Below, in pieces: positions 9,487 through 19,724 of a stretch of DNA of 64,000 nucleotides. The first letter of the stretch is position 1, and the number at the start of each line of letters is the position of its first letter. This stretch comes from Phycisphaerae bacterium (lineage in GTDB: Bacteria > Planctomycetota > Phycisphaerae > UBA1845): contig CAXXGO010000001.1 of assembly GCA_963666835.2 (NCBI GenBank), positions 64,001 through 128,000 on the forward strand, read 5' to 3'. Position numbers and translations under genes: made by a program. Below the pieces are notes generated by a model that was given only the letters and a program-made list of their open reading frames with translations, made no database searches and was not told where the DNA came from.

Positions 9487-9498
9487 AACGCACCTGTT

Positions 9499-9879
9499 TC
9501 AGATTCCGACTGCGCGAACCGCCGCCCGTCCTGCGAGCACTGCGGCCAGCCCGAGCACGACATTACCGGCTATATTCAACAGAGCCCAACGCAGCTCGCC
9601 GTCTTTGAGAAGCTCCACCGTTTCGTATCCGAAGGTCGAAAACGTGGTGAACGACCCGAGGAATCCGATAGTCAGAAACAGCCGGGCGTTCGGACTCATC
9701 AGCGGCCGGTCCTCGAGCAGAGTCATCGCGGCTCCGATGACCAGGCACCCGAGCAGGTTCACTACCAGCGTGCCCATTGGCAGGACGCCGTCGTGCATCC
9801 GGTGTACCGCCCCGGACAGCCAATACCGCGCAATCGCCCCCACGAATCCGCCCGCACCGATGATAAGGAGCTTATCCAT
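9499..9879 (-). CDS. crcB: Fluoride efflux channel FluC/CrcB
   Basis: GGFVGAIARY, GTLVVNLLGC and GFLGSFTTFSTF motifs; four hydrophobic helices. Confidence 0.95.
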   Translation of the reverse strand: MDKLLIIGAGGFVGAIARYWLSGAVHRMHDGVLPMGTLVVNLLGCLVIGAAMTLLEDRPLMSPNARLFLTIGFLGSFTTFSTFGYETVELLKDGELRWALLNIAGNVVLGLAAVLAGRAAVRAVGI

Positions 9880-9957
9880 GATCAGACTCTTAACGCGGCA
9901 CAGCGCCGTGGGCAAGCACATCGAGACGGGAAAGCTGCTGAGTGACCGGTCGGGTGC

Positions 9958-10345
9958 GGGTGCCATGGTCCACGCTTGCGTGGCCATGAGAAGAGCTGAT
10001 ATCGCGTTGAGGTGGAACGCTTCTTCAGGGGCGAGGCACTCATGTGCTATCGAACGTGCGCTAACTTCGCGAGGCGCCCATGGGGTAGACCGTCCCGATG
10101 GGACGTAGGCAAGTAGCCACGGGTGGAGCGCAGCGGAACCCGTGGGAGAATTCGCTCCCACGTGCTCCCCGTCCCGAAGGGCCGGCGGACGGTTGCCGAG
10201 ATCGCGCAATAACAACGGCAGGTCTCGTACCTCGACCGTGCCCTACGGAACACCACGGCAGGTCTCGTTGCTCGACCGTGCCCTACGAGATCACACGCAC
10301 GTTGAGGGCGTCCAACAACAGAGCCCAGGGTAAACGAAGCGGCTG
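9958..10345 (+). repeat. REP mosaic (D, B, A, A, truncated C)
   Basis: Family D at 9958-9988, B at about 10091-10216, A at 10217 and 10257, degenerate start of C at about 10299-10342. Confidence 0.85.
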
Positions 10346-10497
10346 TTCGAATCGGACCGGACTCGCGATAATCGCGCGCGTGCTGGCCCGGTGCCGGCTT
10401 CGTGGATATGATCGGGCAATCGTGAATAGCGACGAAACGTACGCAGATTAAGCTCGGTGAAGTAGACCGATTGCCGGTGGGCACGCGGCGCAATGTT

Positions 10498-11079
10498 ATG
10501 AATGAACGGTCGAATGGCGGTCGGGTCTGCGGTGCGGAGCGTTGTTGTCCCAAGTGTGACTACTCATTGCGGGGGCTTCCTGAGGAGCATACGTGTCCGG
10601 AATGTGGAATGGCCTGCGATCCCCATGCAATGGTAATCAGGTTGCAGCAGGGCGGCAGGGATCAGCGCCAGTTAACGTATGGTTGCTTATTGCTTGCAAT
10701 GATATACTTCGGCACGCGCAGTGCGGGGATTGGTCAAGATCACTCCCTGCTTATCGCGATGATTGCGGTGGGGATGTCGGCGGCGTGTTTCCGCCTTTTA
10801 AGGAGAAAGGGCCTGCCGCACCTGCTGATCCTGAACCGGGAGGGCGTGCGGTTCGAAGATACGCTGGCTGACTGTGATTCGATTCCCTGGCCGAAGATCG
10901 CGAAGGCCAAATACGGTTGGCTATCGGGCAAGCTCTACCTGGTAGGTCACGACGGAACCCGCCTTCTGAGTCGCCCCGGGCAACGGCTAGGTGAACCGCG
11001 TGCGGTGCGGAGCTGTGTCCGCGACATCAACCGGATGTTGGCGGTATACTCCGACGACGAGCGAAAAAGCCCCTGCTGA
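10498..11079 (+). CDS. Hypothetical membrane protein with N-terminal zinc finger
   Basis: CPKCDYSLRGL....CPECG, two TM helices and a C-terminal PH-like 'IPWPKI' segment. Confidence 0.75.
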   Translation: MNERSNGGRVCGAERCCPKCDYSLRGLPEEHTCPECGMACDPHAMVIRLQQGGRDQRQLTYGCLLLAMIYFGTRSAGIGQDHSLLIAMIAVGMSAACFRLLRRKGLPHLLILNREGVRFEDTLADCDSIPWPKIAKAKYGWLSGKLYLVGHDGTRLLSRPGQRLGEPRAVRSCVRDINRMLAVYSDDERKSPC

Positions 11080-11164
11080 CCGCGGATCGTAGTGCGAGGC
11101 ACGGCGTCGTCGTTGTTGGAGAAGTGATTGTGCCAGATGCTGAATACTAACGACCTCGGTTCAG

Positions 11165-11968
11165 CCGGGTGGCCCATGGCTTTAGCCATGGCGGACGGCA
11201 TCACGTAGCGCAGGCATCCTGCCTGCAGCATCTCGCGCGACGCGCCGAGCGACGGCGTTCCCCGGACATAGCTTTGGACAATGCGCGCCGTTGCGGCAGG
11301 TCTCGCTCCTCGACCGTGCCCTACAAGAGCGAAAGCACGCCGAAGGCGTTTAACAGCAAAGCCCAGGGTAGACGAAGCGGCGTAGCCGCTTCAGTGCCAC
11401 CCTGGGGCACCGGGCCTTCTCGAACACCAACCCCGAAGTGGGTTGAACAACGCCGGAACCCCGTTGGGGTTGATCTTTGATGTAATCGTGATCCCAGGGT
11501 AGCCGCTGCGCGGCAACCCTGGGCTGTAGGGCGCAACGCCTTCGGCGTAGTTCGGCACGCAACAAAGGACCGGGCTCGCGAGACACGCGGATGTCACATT
11601 TTCGTGTAACGCAGACCATTGCGACCCAGATGGCAGGGCTCGCTCCTCGACCATGCCCTACGCAAGAACCATGGCAGGTCTCGTTCCTCGACCGTGCCCT
11701 ACGAGTTCGTGAGACTCCCATGTGGTAAACCGTCCCGAAGGGACGAAGGCACGTAGCCACGGGTGGAGCGCAGCGGAACCCGTGGGAGAATTCGCTCCCA
11801 CGTGCTCCCCGTCCCGAAGGGCCGGCGGACGGTTGCCGAGATCGCGCAATAACAACGGCAGGTCTCGTGCCTCGACCGTGCCCAACGCAAGAACCACGGC
11901 AGGTCTCGTCCCTCGACCATGCCCTACGGAAGACCACGGCAGGTCTCGTTCCTCGGTCGCGCCCTACG
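11165..11968 (+). repeat. Largest REP mosaic (A, complete C, A, A, B, A, A, A)
   Basis: Family A at 11295, 11632, 11673, 11857, 11898 and 11938; C at 11337-11548; B at about 11731-11856. Confidence 0.9.
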
Positions 11969-12157
11969 GAGGGAACGACGATGCCCGGGCATGTACGCTG
12001 GCACCGGGCAGGTTGGAACAGACCGCCAGCGCTCGGTTACGGGTCAGCGGATGCCCGCTTGTGGCGGGTGCTCCCATGAGCCGATAAGTTGTTCGGTGGA
12101 AGATCATACACAAGATCGGGTGGATCTCCCCTCGAGCCCGGTTTGGGAACAACGAGA

Positions 12158-14623
12158 ATGGATACAAGACGACTTCAAGCTGACGGAACGCTCGGCCGGC
12201 TCAGTGAGCCGGAACGAGACATGGACGTGCGGCGCGTCGCGGTCGTGGGCAACTACCTACCCCGCCAGTGCGGTATCGCGACTTTCACGACCGACCTGTG
12301 TGATGCGCTGGTTACCGAGTACGAGGGGCTGCAGTGCTCGGTACTGGCCGTAAACGACATCGAAGCCGGGTACGAGTATCCGGCGCGCGTCCGTTATGAG
12401 CTGGCGGAGCAGGACCTGTCGTCGTATCAGCAGGCGGCCAGCTTCCTGGGGATCGGGAATGTCGACCTGGTCTGCCTTCAGCACGAGTTCGGCATCTTCG
12501 GCGGGGAAGCAGGCGGTCACGTTCTCGAGCTGCTGCAAGGACTGCGCATGCCGGTCGTTACGACCCTGCACACGGTTTTGCAGGAGATGCCGGCGCCCGA
12601 GTTCGGGGAAGTCTTTGCGGAGCTGGTGCAGCTTTCCGATCGGATCGTGGTAATCAGCCGGCGAGCGGTGGATATTCTGCAGGACGTCTACAAGATCCCA
12701 CGAGAGAAGATCGATGTGATCCCCCACGGCATCCACGATGTGCCGTTTGTGGACCCCAACTTCCATAAGGACAGATTCGACGTCGAGGGCAAGTTCGTAA
12801 TCCTCACCTTCGGGCTGCTGGGCCCTGCCAAGGGCCTGGAGTATGTGATCAAGGCTCTGCCGGCAATTGTCGAGCGTCACCCGAACGTCGTGTACATCGT
12901 TCTTGGGGCAACCCATCCGTATTGGCGAAAGGTCGAGGGCGAGGCCTATCGCGAGTCGTTGCAGAAGCTGGCCCGCGATCTGGGCGTCGAGGATCACGTG
13001 ATCTTCCACAACCGCTTCGTGGGTATCGACGAGTTACTCGAGTTCATCGGCGCGGCGGATATCTACGCCACGCCGTCTTTGGAGCCACAGCAGATCTCCT
13101 CCGGGACGCTGGCCTACGCCTTGGGGGCCGGCAAGGCCATTGTGTCAACGCCGTACTGTTATGCCGAGGAGTTGCTGGCAGACGGTCGCGGTTGCATGGT
13201 GCCGTTCAAGGACGCGTCCGCGGTTTCGCAGGCGGTCATTGATCTGCTCGACAATCCTACGAACATGCACGCGATGCGCAAACGCGCATACATGTACGGG
13301 CGGGAGATGACCTGGGCGAAAGTGGCGCGGCGATACATGCGTTCGTTCTCCCGGGCGCGCGAAGACCGCATGAAGCAGCCCAGAGCGGTTCTGCAGACTT
13401 CCGCTTCGCTGCTCAGGCCGATTGCGCTGCCGGAGGTGAAACTCGATCACCTGTGGCGTTTGACGGACGATACCGGGATCGCCCGACACGCCGTATTCAC
13501 CGTTCCCAATCGCGATGACGGCTATTCGACGGATGACAATGCCAGGGCACTAGTTCTGGCCGTCCTCCTGGAGGAGCTGGAAAAGGTGCCGATTATCGAG
13601 GCGGCACGGTTCTTGACTGAGACGTACCTGGCGTTCCTCGGGCACGCGTTCAGCAGGGACACCGGTCGCTTCCGCACCCGGATGGCGTACGATCGCCGCT
13701 GGGTGGAAGACGCCGAGTCAGAGGATTCCCACGGGCGGGCTTTGTGGGCGTTGGGTATGGTGGCGGGGCGGTCCGACAACACCTCGCTACGCGGAGTGGC
13801 GGCGGGGCTGTTCAGCATGGCACTGCCCGCTGCGGTGGAGGCGACTTCGCCCCGCGGGTGGGCGTTCACGCTGATTGGAATCTACGAGTACATGCGGCGG
13901 TTCCACGGCGATCACACCGCCCGGACCATCCGGCGGACTCTCGCGCATCGACTGACGGAGATGTACCGCCGCAATAGCTCGCCTGACTGGCCTTGGTTCG
14001 AGGACACCTTGACTTATGCAAACGCCAGACTGCCCCAGGCCATGATCCTCACCGGCCGCTGGATCGAATCCAAAGAGATGGTGGAGATGGGTCTGCACGC
14101 TTTGGGCTGGCTGGCGGACCTCCAACGGGCCGAGGACGGCTGTTTCTCTCCCATTGGCAGCCATGACTTCTACGCCCGCGGTGGTAACCGGGCGCGGTTC
14201 GACCAACAGCCGGTCGAGGCTGCGGCGATGGTCTCGGCGTGCTTGGAGGCCTATCGTCTCACCTCGGAAGAGCACTGGCGTGCGGAAGCGCGCCGGGCGT
14301 TTGACTGGTTTCTCGGTCAGAATGATGTTAAGCTCCCGGTTTACGATCCGTCGTCCGGAGGATGCCGCGACGCGCTGCATCCCGACCGGACGAGTGCAAA
14401 CCAGGGTGCGGAAGCGACCGTCTCTTTCCTCCTGTCGCTGGTGCAAATGCGCACTATCGAACCGACGTTGAACCAGAGCGAACAGGCTGTGGGCGAGGTG
14501 GCGGTTATGGGTGCGGCCCACTCGGCCTTGCGCAGTTCCGGGGTCCTTCCTCCAGGGCACGCTCTCGAGGTATTCGACCGATCTACACCTGAACGCTTCG
14601 TGGAGCATCCGCGGACAAGCTGA
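12158..14623 (+). CDS. Glycosyltransferase family 4 fused to a six-hairpin glycosidase-like domain
   Basis: YLPRQCGIATF, QHEFGIFGG, TFGLLGP.KGLE and SGTLAYA; C-terminal DDNARAL, YANARLP, FDQQP.E and NQGAE. An alternative start at 12221 is possible. Confidence 0.88.
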   Translation: MDTRRLQADGTLGRLSEPERDMDVRRVAVVGNYLPRQCGIATFTTDLCDALVTEYEGLQCSVLAVNDIEAGYEYPARVRYELAEQDLSSYQQAASFLGIGNVDLVCLQHEFGIFGGEAGGHVLELLQGLRMPVVTTLHTVLQEMPAPEFGEVFAELVQLSDRIVVISRRAVDILQDVYKIPREKIDVIPHGIHDVPFVDPNFHKDRFDVEGKFVILTFGLLGPAKGLEYVIKALPAIVERHPNVVYIVLGATHPYWRKVEGEAYRESLQKLARDLGVEDHVIFHNRFVGIDELLEFIGAADIYATPSLEPQQISSGTLAYALGAGKAIVSTPYCYAEELLADGRGCMVPFKDASAVSQAVIDLLDNPTNMHAMRKRAYMYGREMTWAKVARRYMRSFSRAREDRMKQPRAVLQTSASLLRPIALPEVKLDHLWRLTDDTGIARHAVFTVPNRDDGYSTDDNARALVLAVLLEELEKVPIIEAARFLTETYLAFLGHAFSRDTGRFRTRMAYDRRWVEDAESEDSHGRALWALGMVAGRSDNTSLRGVAAGLFSMALPAAVEATSPRGWAFTLIGIYEYMRRFHGDHTARTIRRTLAHRLTEMYRRNSSPDWPWFEDTLTYANARLPQAMILTGRWIESKEMVEMGLHALGWLADLQRAEDGCFSPIGSHDFYARGGNRARFDQQPVEAAAMVSACLEAYRLTSEEHWRAEARRAFDWFLGQNDVKLPVYDPSSGGCRDALHPDRTSANQGAEATVSFLLSLVQMRTIEPTLNQSEQAVGEVAVMGAAHSALRSSGVLPPGHALEVFDRSTPERFVEHPRTS

Positions 14624-14689
14624 GAGTACACCTCGGGTGCTTTGCTACTGCCCCGGACGCCGATAGTCCGATGACGGACGATAGAACCG

Positions 14690-15682
14690 ATGGACGAAAG
14701 CAGCTCCAAAAGGAGGATACCTCACGTTATGGTGACGAAGAACAGGCGCCAGGAGGAGCTGTTCCAGCGCAATCCCACCAATCCTATCTTGACGGCCGCG
14801 GATTGGCCGTATCCTACCAACACGGTCTTCAACCCGGGTGCCACTCTTCTGTCGGATGGCACGACTCTGTTGTTGTGCCGCGTTGAGGATCGTCGCGGGC
14901 AGTCGCACCTGACGGCGGCCCGCTCGGCGGATGGGGTTGGTGATTGGAGGATCGATTCTGAACCGACCCTGGTGCCCGATCCGGAGCGGTACCCCGAGGA
15001 ACTCTGGGGGATCGAGGACCCCCGGATTACGTACGTGCCGGAGCTGGGCAAGTACGCGGTGGTGTACTGTGCATATTCTCGTGGCGGTCCCGGGGTGTCG
15101 CTGGCTCTGACCGAGGATTTCAAGACGTTCGAGCGCTGCGGAGACGTCCTGCCGCCTGAAGACAAGGATGCCGCCCTGCTGCCCCACCGGATTGGTGGGA
15201 ACTGGGCGATGATCCACCGTCCGTCCGGTCCCGCCGGGGGGCACATCTGGATCTCCTACTCGCCCGACCTGCGGCACTGGGGTAATCACAAGCTGATCCT
15301 CGAGGCCCATCCCGGCGGATGGTGGGACTCGAGCAAGATCGGCCTGTCCCCTCCGTTGGTTGAGACGGAGCAGGGGTGGCTGATGCTCTTTCACGGCGTG
15401 CGAAAGACGGCGGCAGGATCGATCTACCGAGTCGGGGTGGCTTTGCTTGACCTGGACGTGCCCGAGCGTTGCCTGCGCCGCGGTGCGTCCTGGATCTTCG
15501 GGCCCGAGGAACCTTATGAGTTGTTCGGCGACGTTGGGAACGTCGTGTTTCCCGGTGGATACACGCTTGCTCCGGATGGTGATACGCTGAACCTCTATTA
15601 TGGTGGAGCCGACAGTTGCATCGCGCTCGCCACGGGCAGCGTCCGCCGAGTACTCGAATGGCTGCAAGAGAATTCACTTTGA
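14690..15682 (+). CDS. GH130-family glycosidase/phosphorylase
   Basis: VFNPGA, GIEDPRI, DKDAAL, GNVVFP and YYGGAD motifs. Confidence 0.88.
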   Translation: MDESSSKRRIPHVMVTKNRRQEELFQRNPTNPILTAADWPYPTNTVFNPGATLLSDGTTLLLCRVEDRRGQSHLTAARSADGVGDWRIDSEPTLVPDPERYPEELWGIEDPRITYVPELGKYAVVYCAYSRGGPGVSLALTEDFKTFERCGDVLPPEDKDAALLPHRIGGNWAMIHRPSGPAGGHIWISYSPDLRHWGNHKLILEAHPGGWWDSSKIGLSPPLVETEQGWLMLFHGVRKTAAGSIYRVGVALLDLDVPERCLRRGASWIFGPEEPYELFGDVGNVVFPGGYTLAPDGDTLNLYYGGADSCIALATGSVRRVLEWLQENSL

Positions 15683-15723
15683 GCCGCGCGGCACCCGCCG
15701 CGCAGCGTGAGGGTCGCGGCTGG

Positions 15724-17187
15724 ATGTGGCCCTCTTCGCTGCCCGTTACCCGGTTGCCGGTGCAACTGGTCCCTGACCGCCGCCGTGTGATTACCCGTCT
15801 GTTCACCCCCGGTGGAGAGAAGCGTATCCGCTCGGTTCTGAATCGCGTGCTCCGCATGGACGAGCAAGACGTCGAGGGTCTGTTGGCCCGGATAGTACAG
15901 GATTTCGCCGGGCGGCACCGGAATATGGGCTCCAGGTTCAACGAGCATTTCCTCGCAGTGTCCGAGTATCTGGACGAACCGCTCGACATTACGGATGATC
16001 GCCGATTGCTGATCGGAGCGTACTTCACGATGGAGTACGCGATCGAGGCTGCGGCTCTCTTCAACCCGTCAATTGTGCCGCACCCGGATCAGAGCGGCGT
16101 GCCGGCCGGCGCGCTGCGTTTTGTCATGAGCTTGCGCGCCACTGGGGAAGGGCACGTGTCTTCAGTGGTCTTTCGCACCGGCCTTCTGGACTCTATGGGT
16201 GGAATCAGCTTCGACCCGGTGAGCCCGTTTGTTGAGCCCGCCCGGAAGGTCAAAGACCGACTATACCACAGGCACACCTTCACGCTGAAACTGACCGAGA
16301 TGGGGGCGTACAACGCGGTGGCCGAAGCGGTGCTGAGCCGACTCGGCGCCCAATTCGTTTTCGACGACTTAGTCCGTGCGATCAACGAGACCGATCGCTC
16401 GGGATTCGATTCGGGACTGTTCTTTCAGACCGCCAAGGACATTCGCTGGCTGGCCCGCTCCAACTATCATCTGACCTTTCCAGCCAATCGTGAGGTGTCT
16501 GAGGTCGTAATCTTTCCGGTTACCGAGAACGAGAGCCGTGGTATCGAAGACGCCCGTTTCGTCCGCTTCACCGATGACGACGGGACCGTGATGTACTACG
16601 GCACGTACACGGCCTACAACGGGTTCCGAATTCTGCCGCAGTTGTTGGAAACGGCGAACTTCGTGGATTTCCGAATCACCACTCTGAATGGCAAGTTTGC
16701 CCAGAACAAGGGCATCGCGCTGTTTCCGCGCAAGGTCAACGGCTCGTATATGATGATCTCGCGCGTCGACGGCGAGAACCTGTACATCATGTCGTCGGAC
16801 AGCAACCGCTTCTGGAACACCGGGGACCGGCTGCGGGTACCTAAGCACCCGTGGGAGTTCATGCAGATCGGCAACTGCGGTTCTCCCATGGAAACGGAGG
16901 CGGGCTGGCTACTGCTGACGCATGGTGTGGGGCCGATGCGGCAGTATTGCATCGGCGCGATCCTTCTGGACCTTCAGGACCCCTCGCGCGTCCTCGGTCA
17001 GTTGCCGGATCCGTTGCTTGTTCCCAACGACGAAGAACGGGAGGGCTACGTGCCTAATGTGGTTTACACCTGCGGCGCGCTGATCCACAACGAGCTGCTG
17101 GTCATGCCCTATGCGATGTCCGACTCCGCGACCCGCGTTGCTACTATTCCAGTCTACGAAGTGCTCGACCGCATGATGCCCCCATAA
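15724..17187 (+). CDS. GH130-family protein with N-terminal extension
   Basis: AALFNPS, RATGEGHVSS, GIEDARF, NKGIALFP and GYVPNVVY motifs. Confidence 0.88.
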   Translation: MWPSSLPVTRLPVQLVPDRRRVITRLFTPGGEKRIRSVLNRVLRMDEQDVEGLLARIVQDFAGRHRNMGSRFNEHFLAVSEYLDEPLDITDDRRLLIGAYFTMEYAIEAAALFNPSIVPHPDQSGVPAGALRFVMSLRATGEGHVSSVVFRTGLLDSMGGISFDPVSPFVEPARKVKDRLYHRHTFTLKLTEMGAYNAVAEAVLSRLGAQFVFDDLVRAINETDRSGFDSGLFFQTAKDIRWLARSNYHLTFPANREVSEVVIFPVTENESRGIEDARFVRFTDDDGTVMYYGTYTAYNGFRILPQLLETANFVDFRITTLNGKFAQNKGIALFPRKVNGSYMMISRVDGENLYIMSSDSNRFWNTGDRLRVPKHPWEFMQIGNCGSPMETEAGWLLLTHGVGPMRQYCIGAILLDLQDPSRVLGQLPDPLLVPNDEEREGYVPNVVYTCGALIHNELLVMPYAMSDSATRVATIPVYEVLDRMMPP

Positions 17188-17266
17188 CCCCAAGCGCGTG
17201 ACCCGCGGCTTGCAGGACCATGCCCGGGGTACCTTTCTTTCCTTCGCTGAACCACCCGCGAAACCA

Positions 17267-17505
17267 ACGCCGAAGGCGTTATACAGCAAAGCCCAGGGTA
17301 AGCGCAGCGGCGCAGCCGCGAAGCGCCACCCTGGGTGTCCGGTCGACTAACCTGATCGAACCCTGCCAGGGTTCTACAAACGGCGGCGGACCGTACATTC
17401 CGATCGCACGGCCGATGCCTGTGCGTCGCCGAAGTTCCATCCGGTGCGGTCAGTCATTGACCTCGCCGGGTGCCGGGTGCCATGGTCCACGCTTGCGTGG
17501 CCATG
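17267..17505 (+). repeat. REP-like family C half-element plus family D palindrome
   Basis: ACGCCGAAGGCGTT..CAGCAAAGCCCAGGGT..GCCACCCTGGG at 17267-17335; family D at 17475-17505. Confidence 0.8.
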
Positions 17506-17613
17506 AAGAGACCAGGTGCGACCGGGTCGCACCGTACGACTTTGGGCGAAAGTGTCGAGAATGAGTGGCTGGGCCACTTCGACCTTCACCTGCCCCAACG
17601 ACCTGAGAAGCGG

Positions 17614-17922
17614 ATGGCATTGAGCAAGAAGATCCGAATGCCTGAAGACGAAATACTCCGAGAACTGGCTGCCGTCGTTGATGCGTTTGACGCACGTTAT
17701 TCGTGGGGCTGGCCCGGCGAGGAAATTGCCCGGATTGCCTTCCGACGATGGACGTCCTTTCCACTGAGGAACAAGTCGAAAGCCCCAACCAGTGCACACC
17801 GTGTAAACGATCTTGTCAAAGGCCTGTGTGCTCACTTCGAACCGGATGTTCAGTTCACGCCCACGCTTGACTGGCGGGATCTGGCCGAGAAGTTGGCAGC
17901 AGTTCTCGAGAAGCTGGATTGA
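17614..17922 (+). CDS. Small hypothetical protein
   Basis: 102-aa ORF with protein-like composition, lying between two REP clusters. Confidence 0.55.
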   Translation: MALSKKIRMPEDEILRELAAVVDAFDARYSWGWPGEEIARIAFRRWTSFPLRNKSKAPTSAHRVNDLVKGLCAHFEPDVQFTPTLDWRDLAEKLAAVLEKLD

Positions 17923-17959
17923 GTTTCCCTAGTGCAGCCGTCCAGAGGCGCACAGGATA

Positions 17960-18240
17960 AGGGGCCAGTCCGCCGACGGCGGACGCCGTTCCCGGACCTG
18001 CCGAAGCAAACTGCCTGACCCTGCAAGGGGCAAATGGTCTCGGCGAATGTGCCTTGCGAGGCCGCCATAGCTTTCGACGCATGATGACAGAGGCCGGGCA
18101 GCCGAAAGAGAACCACGGGGTCTTCATGCCAGGAATGTGACCCCTACCGAGGTCATTGGGATTGTCGGAAACGCTTCCGGGGGCGGCGGCCGCTCCGCGG
18201 CCTTGCCCCCGGCTACTATCTTGCAGGATTTCAGCCTGAG
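17960..18240 (-). repeat. REP-like family E inverted pair
   Basis: Reverse complement of the 4836-5132 arrangement (CCGGGGGCGGCGGCC..GGCCTTGCCCCCGGCTA..TTCAGCCTGA). Confidence 0.75.
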
Positions 18241-18258
18241 AATTGCTGGCGCCGCGGC

Positions 18259-19677
18259 TTACACGTCCAGGCTTAGCTGATACTCGTACGGGTGCGGACG
18301 CGCGCCGACCGCGACGCACTCCCGCTCCATCTTCGTGGCAATCCAGCCGTTGATTAGCGACTCGGGGAACACGTTGCCGCGGGTCAAAAACTCCCGATCG
18401 CGACCCAGAGCCTCGAGAGCGTCGTACAGGGTGCGCGGGACCGGGGTGATCTTCGAACGGAACGCCTCGTCTTGCTTCGCGATGTCGACGTCGAACGGTC
18501 CGAAGTTGTTCTTGTCCAGCTCGGTCTTCGACTGGATCCCGTCGATCCCGGCCATGAGCATCGCCGCCAGCGCCAAGTAGATGTTGCTCGTAAAATCGGG
18601 CGGGCGGTATTCGATCCGCTTGTCGGCCGGTGACGTCGCATAGCGGGGAACGCGAATCGCCGCGGACCGGTTCGCCAGCGAGAAGAACAGGTTGACCGGC
18701 GCCTCGTAACCTTCAACCAGCCGCTTGAAGGAGTTGCACGACGGGTTGGTCAAGCCGGTCAGAGCTCGCCCGTGGTTCAACAGCCCGGCGATGTAGTGCA
18801 AGGCCGTGTCACTCAAATCCGCGTAGTTGTGCTTGGTATCGTCGAAGAACAACGGCTGCCCGCCGCGGTCGAGTTTCTGATGCACGTGCATCCCGTTTCC
18901 GGCTTCTCCGAAGACGGGCTTCGGCATGAACGTGGCCAGCTTGCCGTGCCGGCGGGCGATGTTCTTGATCACGTACTTGATGAGCATGGTCCGGTCGGCG
19001 ATCTGCACCAGCGGCCCGAGATCGATCTCGATTTCACACTGTCCGGGAGCTCCAACCTCATGATGATGATACCGAACCGGGATGCCCAGTTCCTCGAGGG
19101 TCAGGGCGATCTCTGAACGAAGGTTATGAAGCTGCTCGGTCGGCGGCACGCCCATGTAGCCCTGCTTCGCTCCGATCGTGGACGACGTTCCGTCCGTGTG
19201 GACTTCGGAGCACTCGACGCGAGCCCCGGCCTCGTACGGCTCGTTGACTACATCGACCGAGTCGAGCACATGGAACTCGAACTCCGGACCCATCAACGCC
19301 TCGTCGGCAATCCCGCAAGACCGCATGTAGTCAATTGCCCGCTGGGCGATGGTCCGCGGGTCGCTGGTGAACGGTTCTCTAGTGTCGGCCGTGACCGTAT
19401 CGCAAAGGAAGCTAAGCGTTGGCCGATCCCAGAACGGGTCCACGAAGGCGGTGTTGGCCTTGGGCAAAGCGGCCACATCGCCGCTTTCGACCTTTCCAAA
19501 CCCGGCACCCGACGAGCCGTCGTATCCGACGCCCTCTTCGAAGTGCTTGTCACCGAAGCTGCTGGCCGGGATCGTAACGTGGAGCCATTGCCCGCTAATG
19601 GAGACCATCTTCAGGTCGACCATCGCAATGTCGTTGTCAATTATGTATTGCAGTGCTTCACTGTTGCTTTCAAACAC
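18259..19677 (-). CDS. glnA: Glutamine synthetase type I
   Basis: YDGSS, GPEFEF, HHHEV...GQCE, TFMPKP, GNGMHVH, KRLVEGYEAP, NRSAAIRVP and RIEYR.PD motifs. Confidence 0.95.
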   Translation of the reverse strand: MFESNSEALQYIIDNDIAMVDLKMVSISGQWLHVTIPASSFGDKHFEEGVGYDGSSGAGFGKVESGDVAALPKANTAFVDPFWDRPTLSFLCDTVTADTREPFTSDPRTIAQRAIDYMRSCGIADEALMGPEFEFHVLDSVDVVNEPYEAGARVECSEVHTDGTSSTIGAKQGYMGVPPTEQLHNLRSEIALTLEELGIPVRYHHHEVGAPGQCEIEIDLGPLVQIADRTMLIKYVIKNIARRHGKLATFMPKPVFGEAGNGMHVHQKLDRGGQPLFFDDTKHNYADLSDTALHYIAGLLNHGRALTGLTNPSCNSFKRLVEGYEAPVNLFFSLANRSAAIRVPRYATSPADKRIEYRPPDFTSNIYLALAAMLMAGIDGIQSKTELDKNNFGPFDVDIAKQDEAFRSKITPVPRTLYDALEALGRDREFLTRGNVFPESLINGWIATKMERECVAVGARPHPYEYQLSLDV

Positions 19678-19724
19678 AATGCATCTCCGTCAGTCGCCTC
19701 GTTACCATCCCGGGATAGACGGAA

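Noticed and set aside
9880..9960. Fluoride riboswitch upstream of crcB
   Set aside because: No GGCGATGG...CTGATG-type consensus is visible on the minus strand.
11857..11968. Possible CRISPR array (31-bp repeats in tandem)
   Set aside because: Linkers are only 9-10 nt and similar to one another, copies are dispersed, the GTAG-hairpin structure indicates REP, and there are no cas genes.
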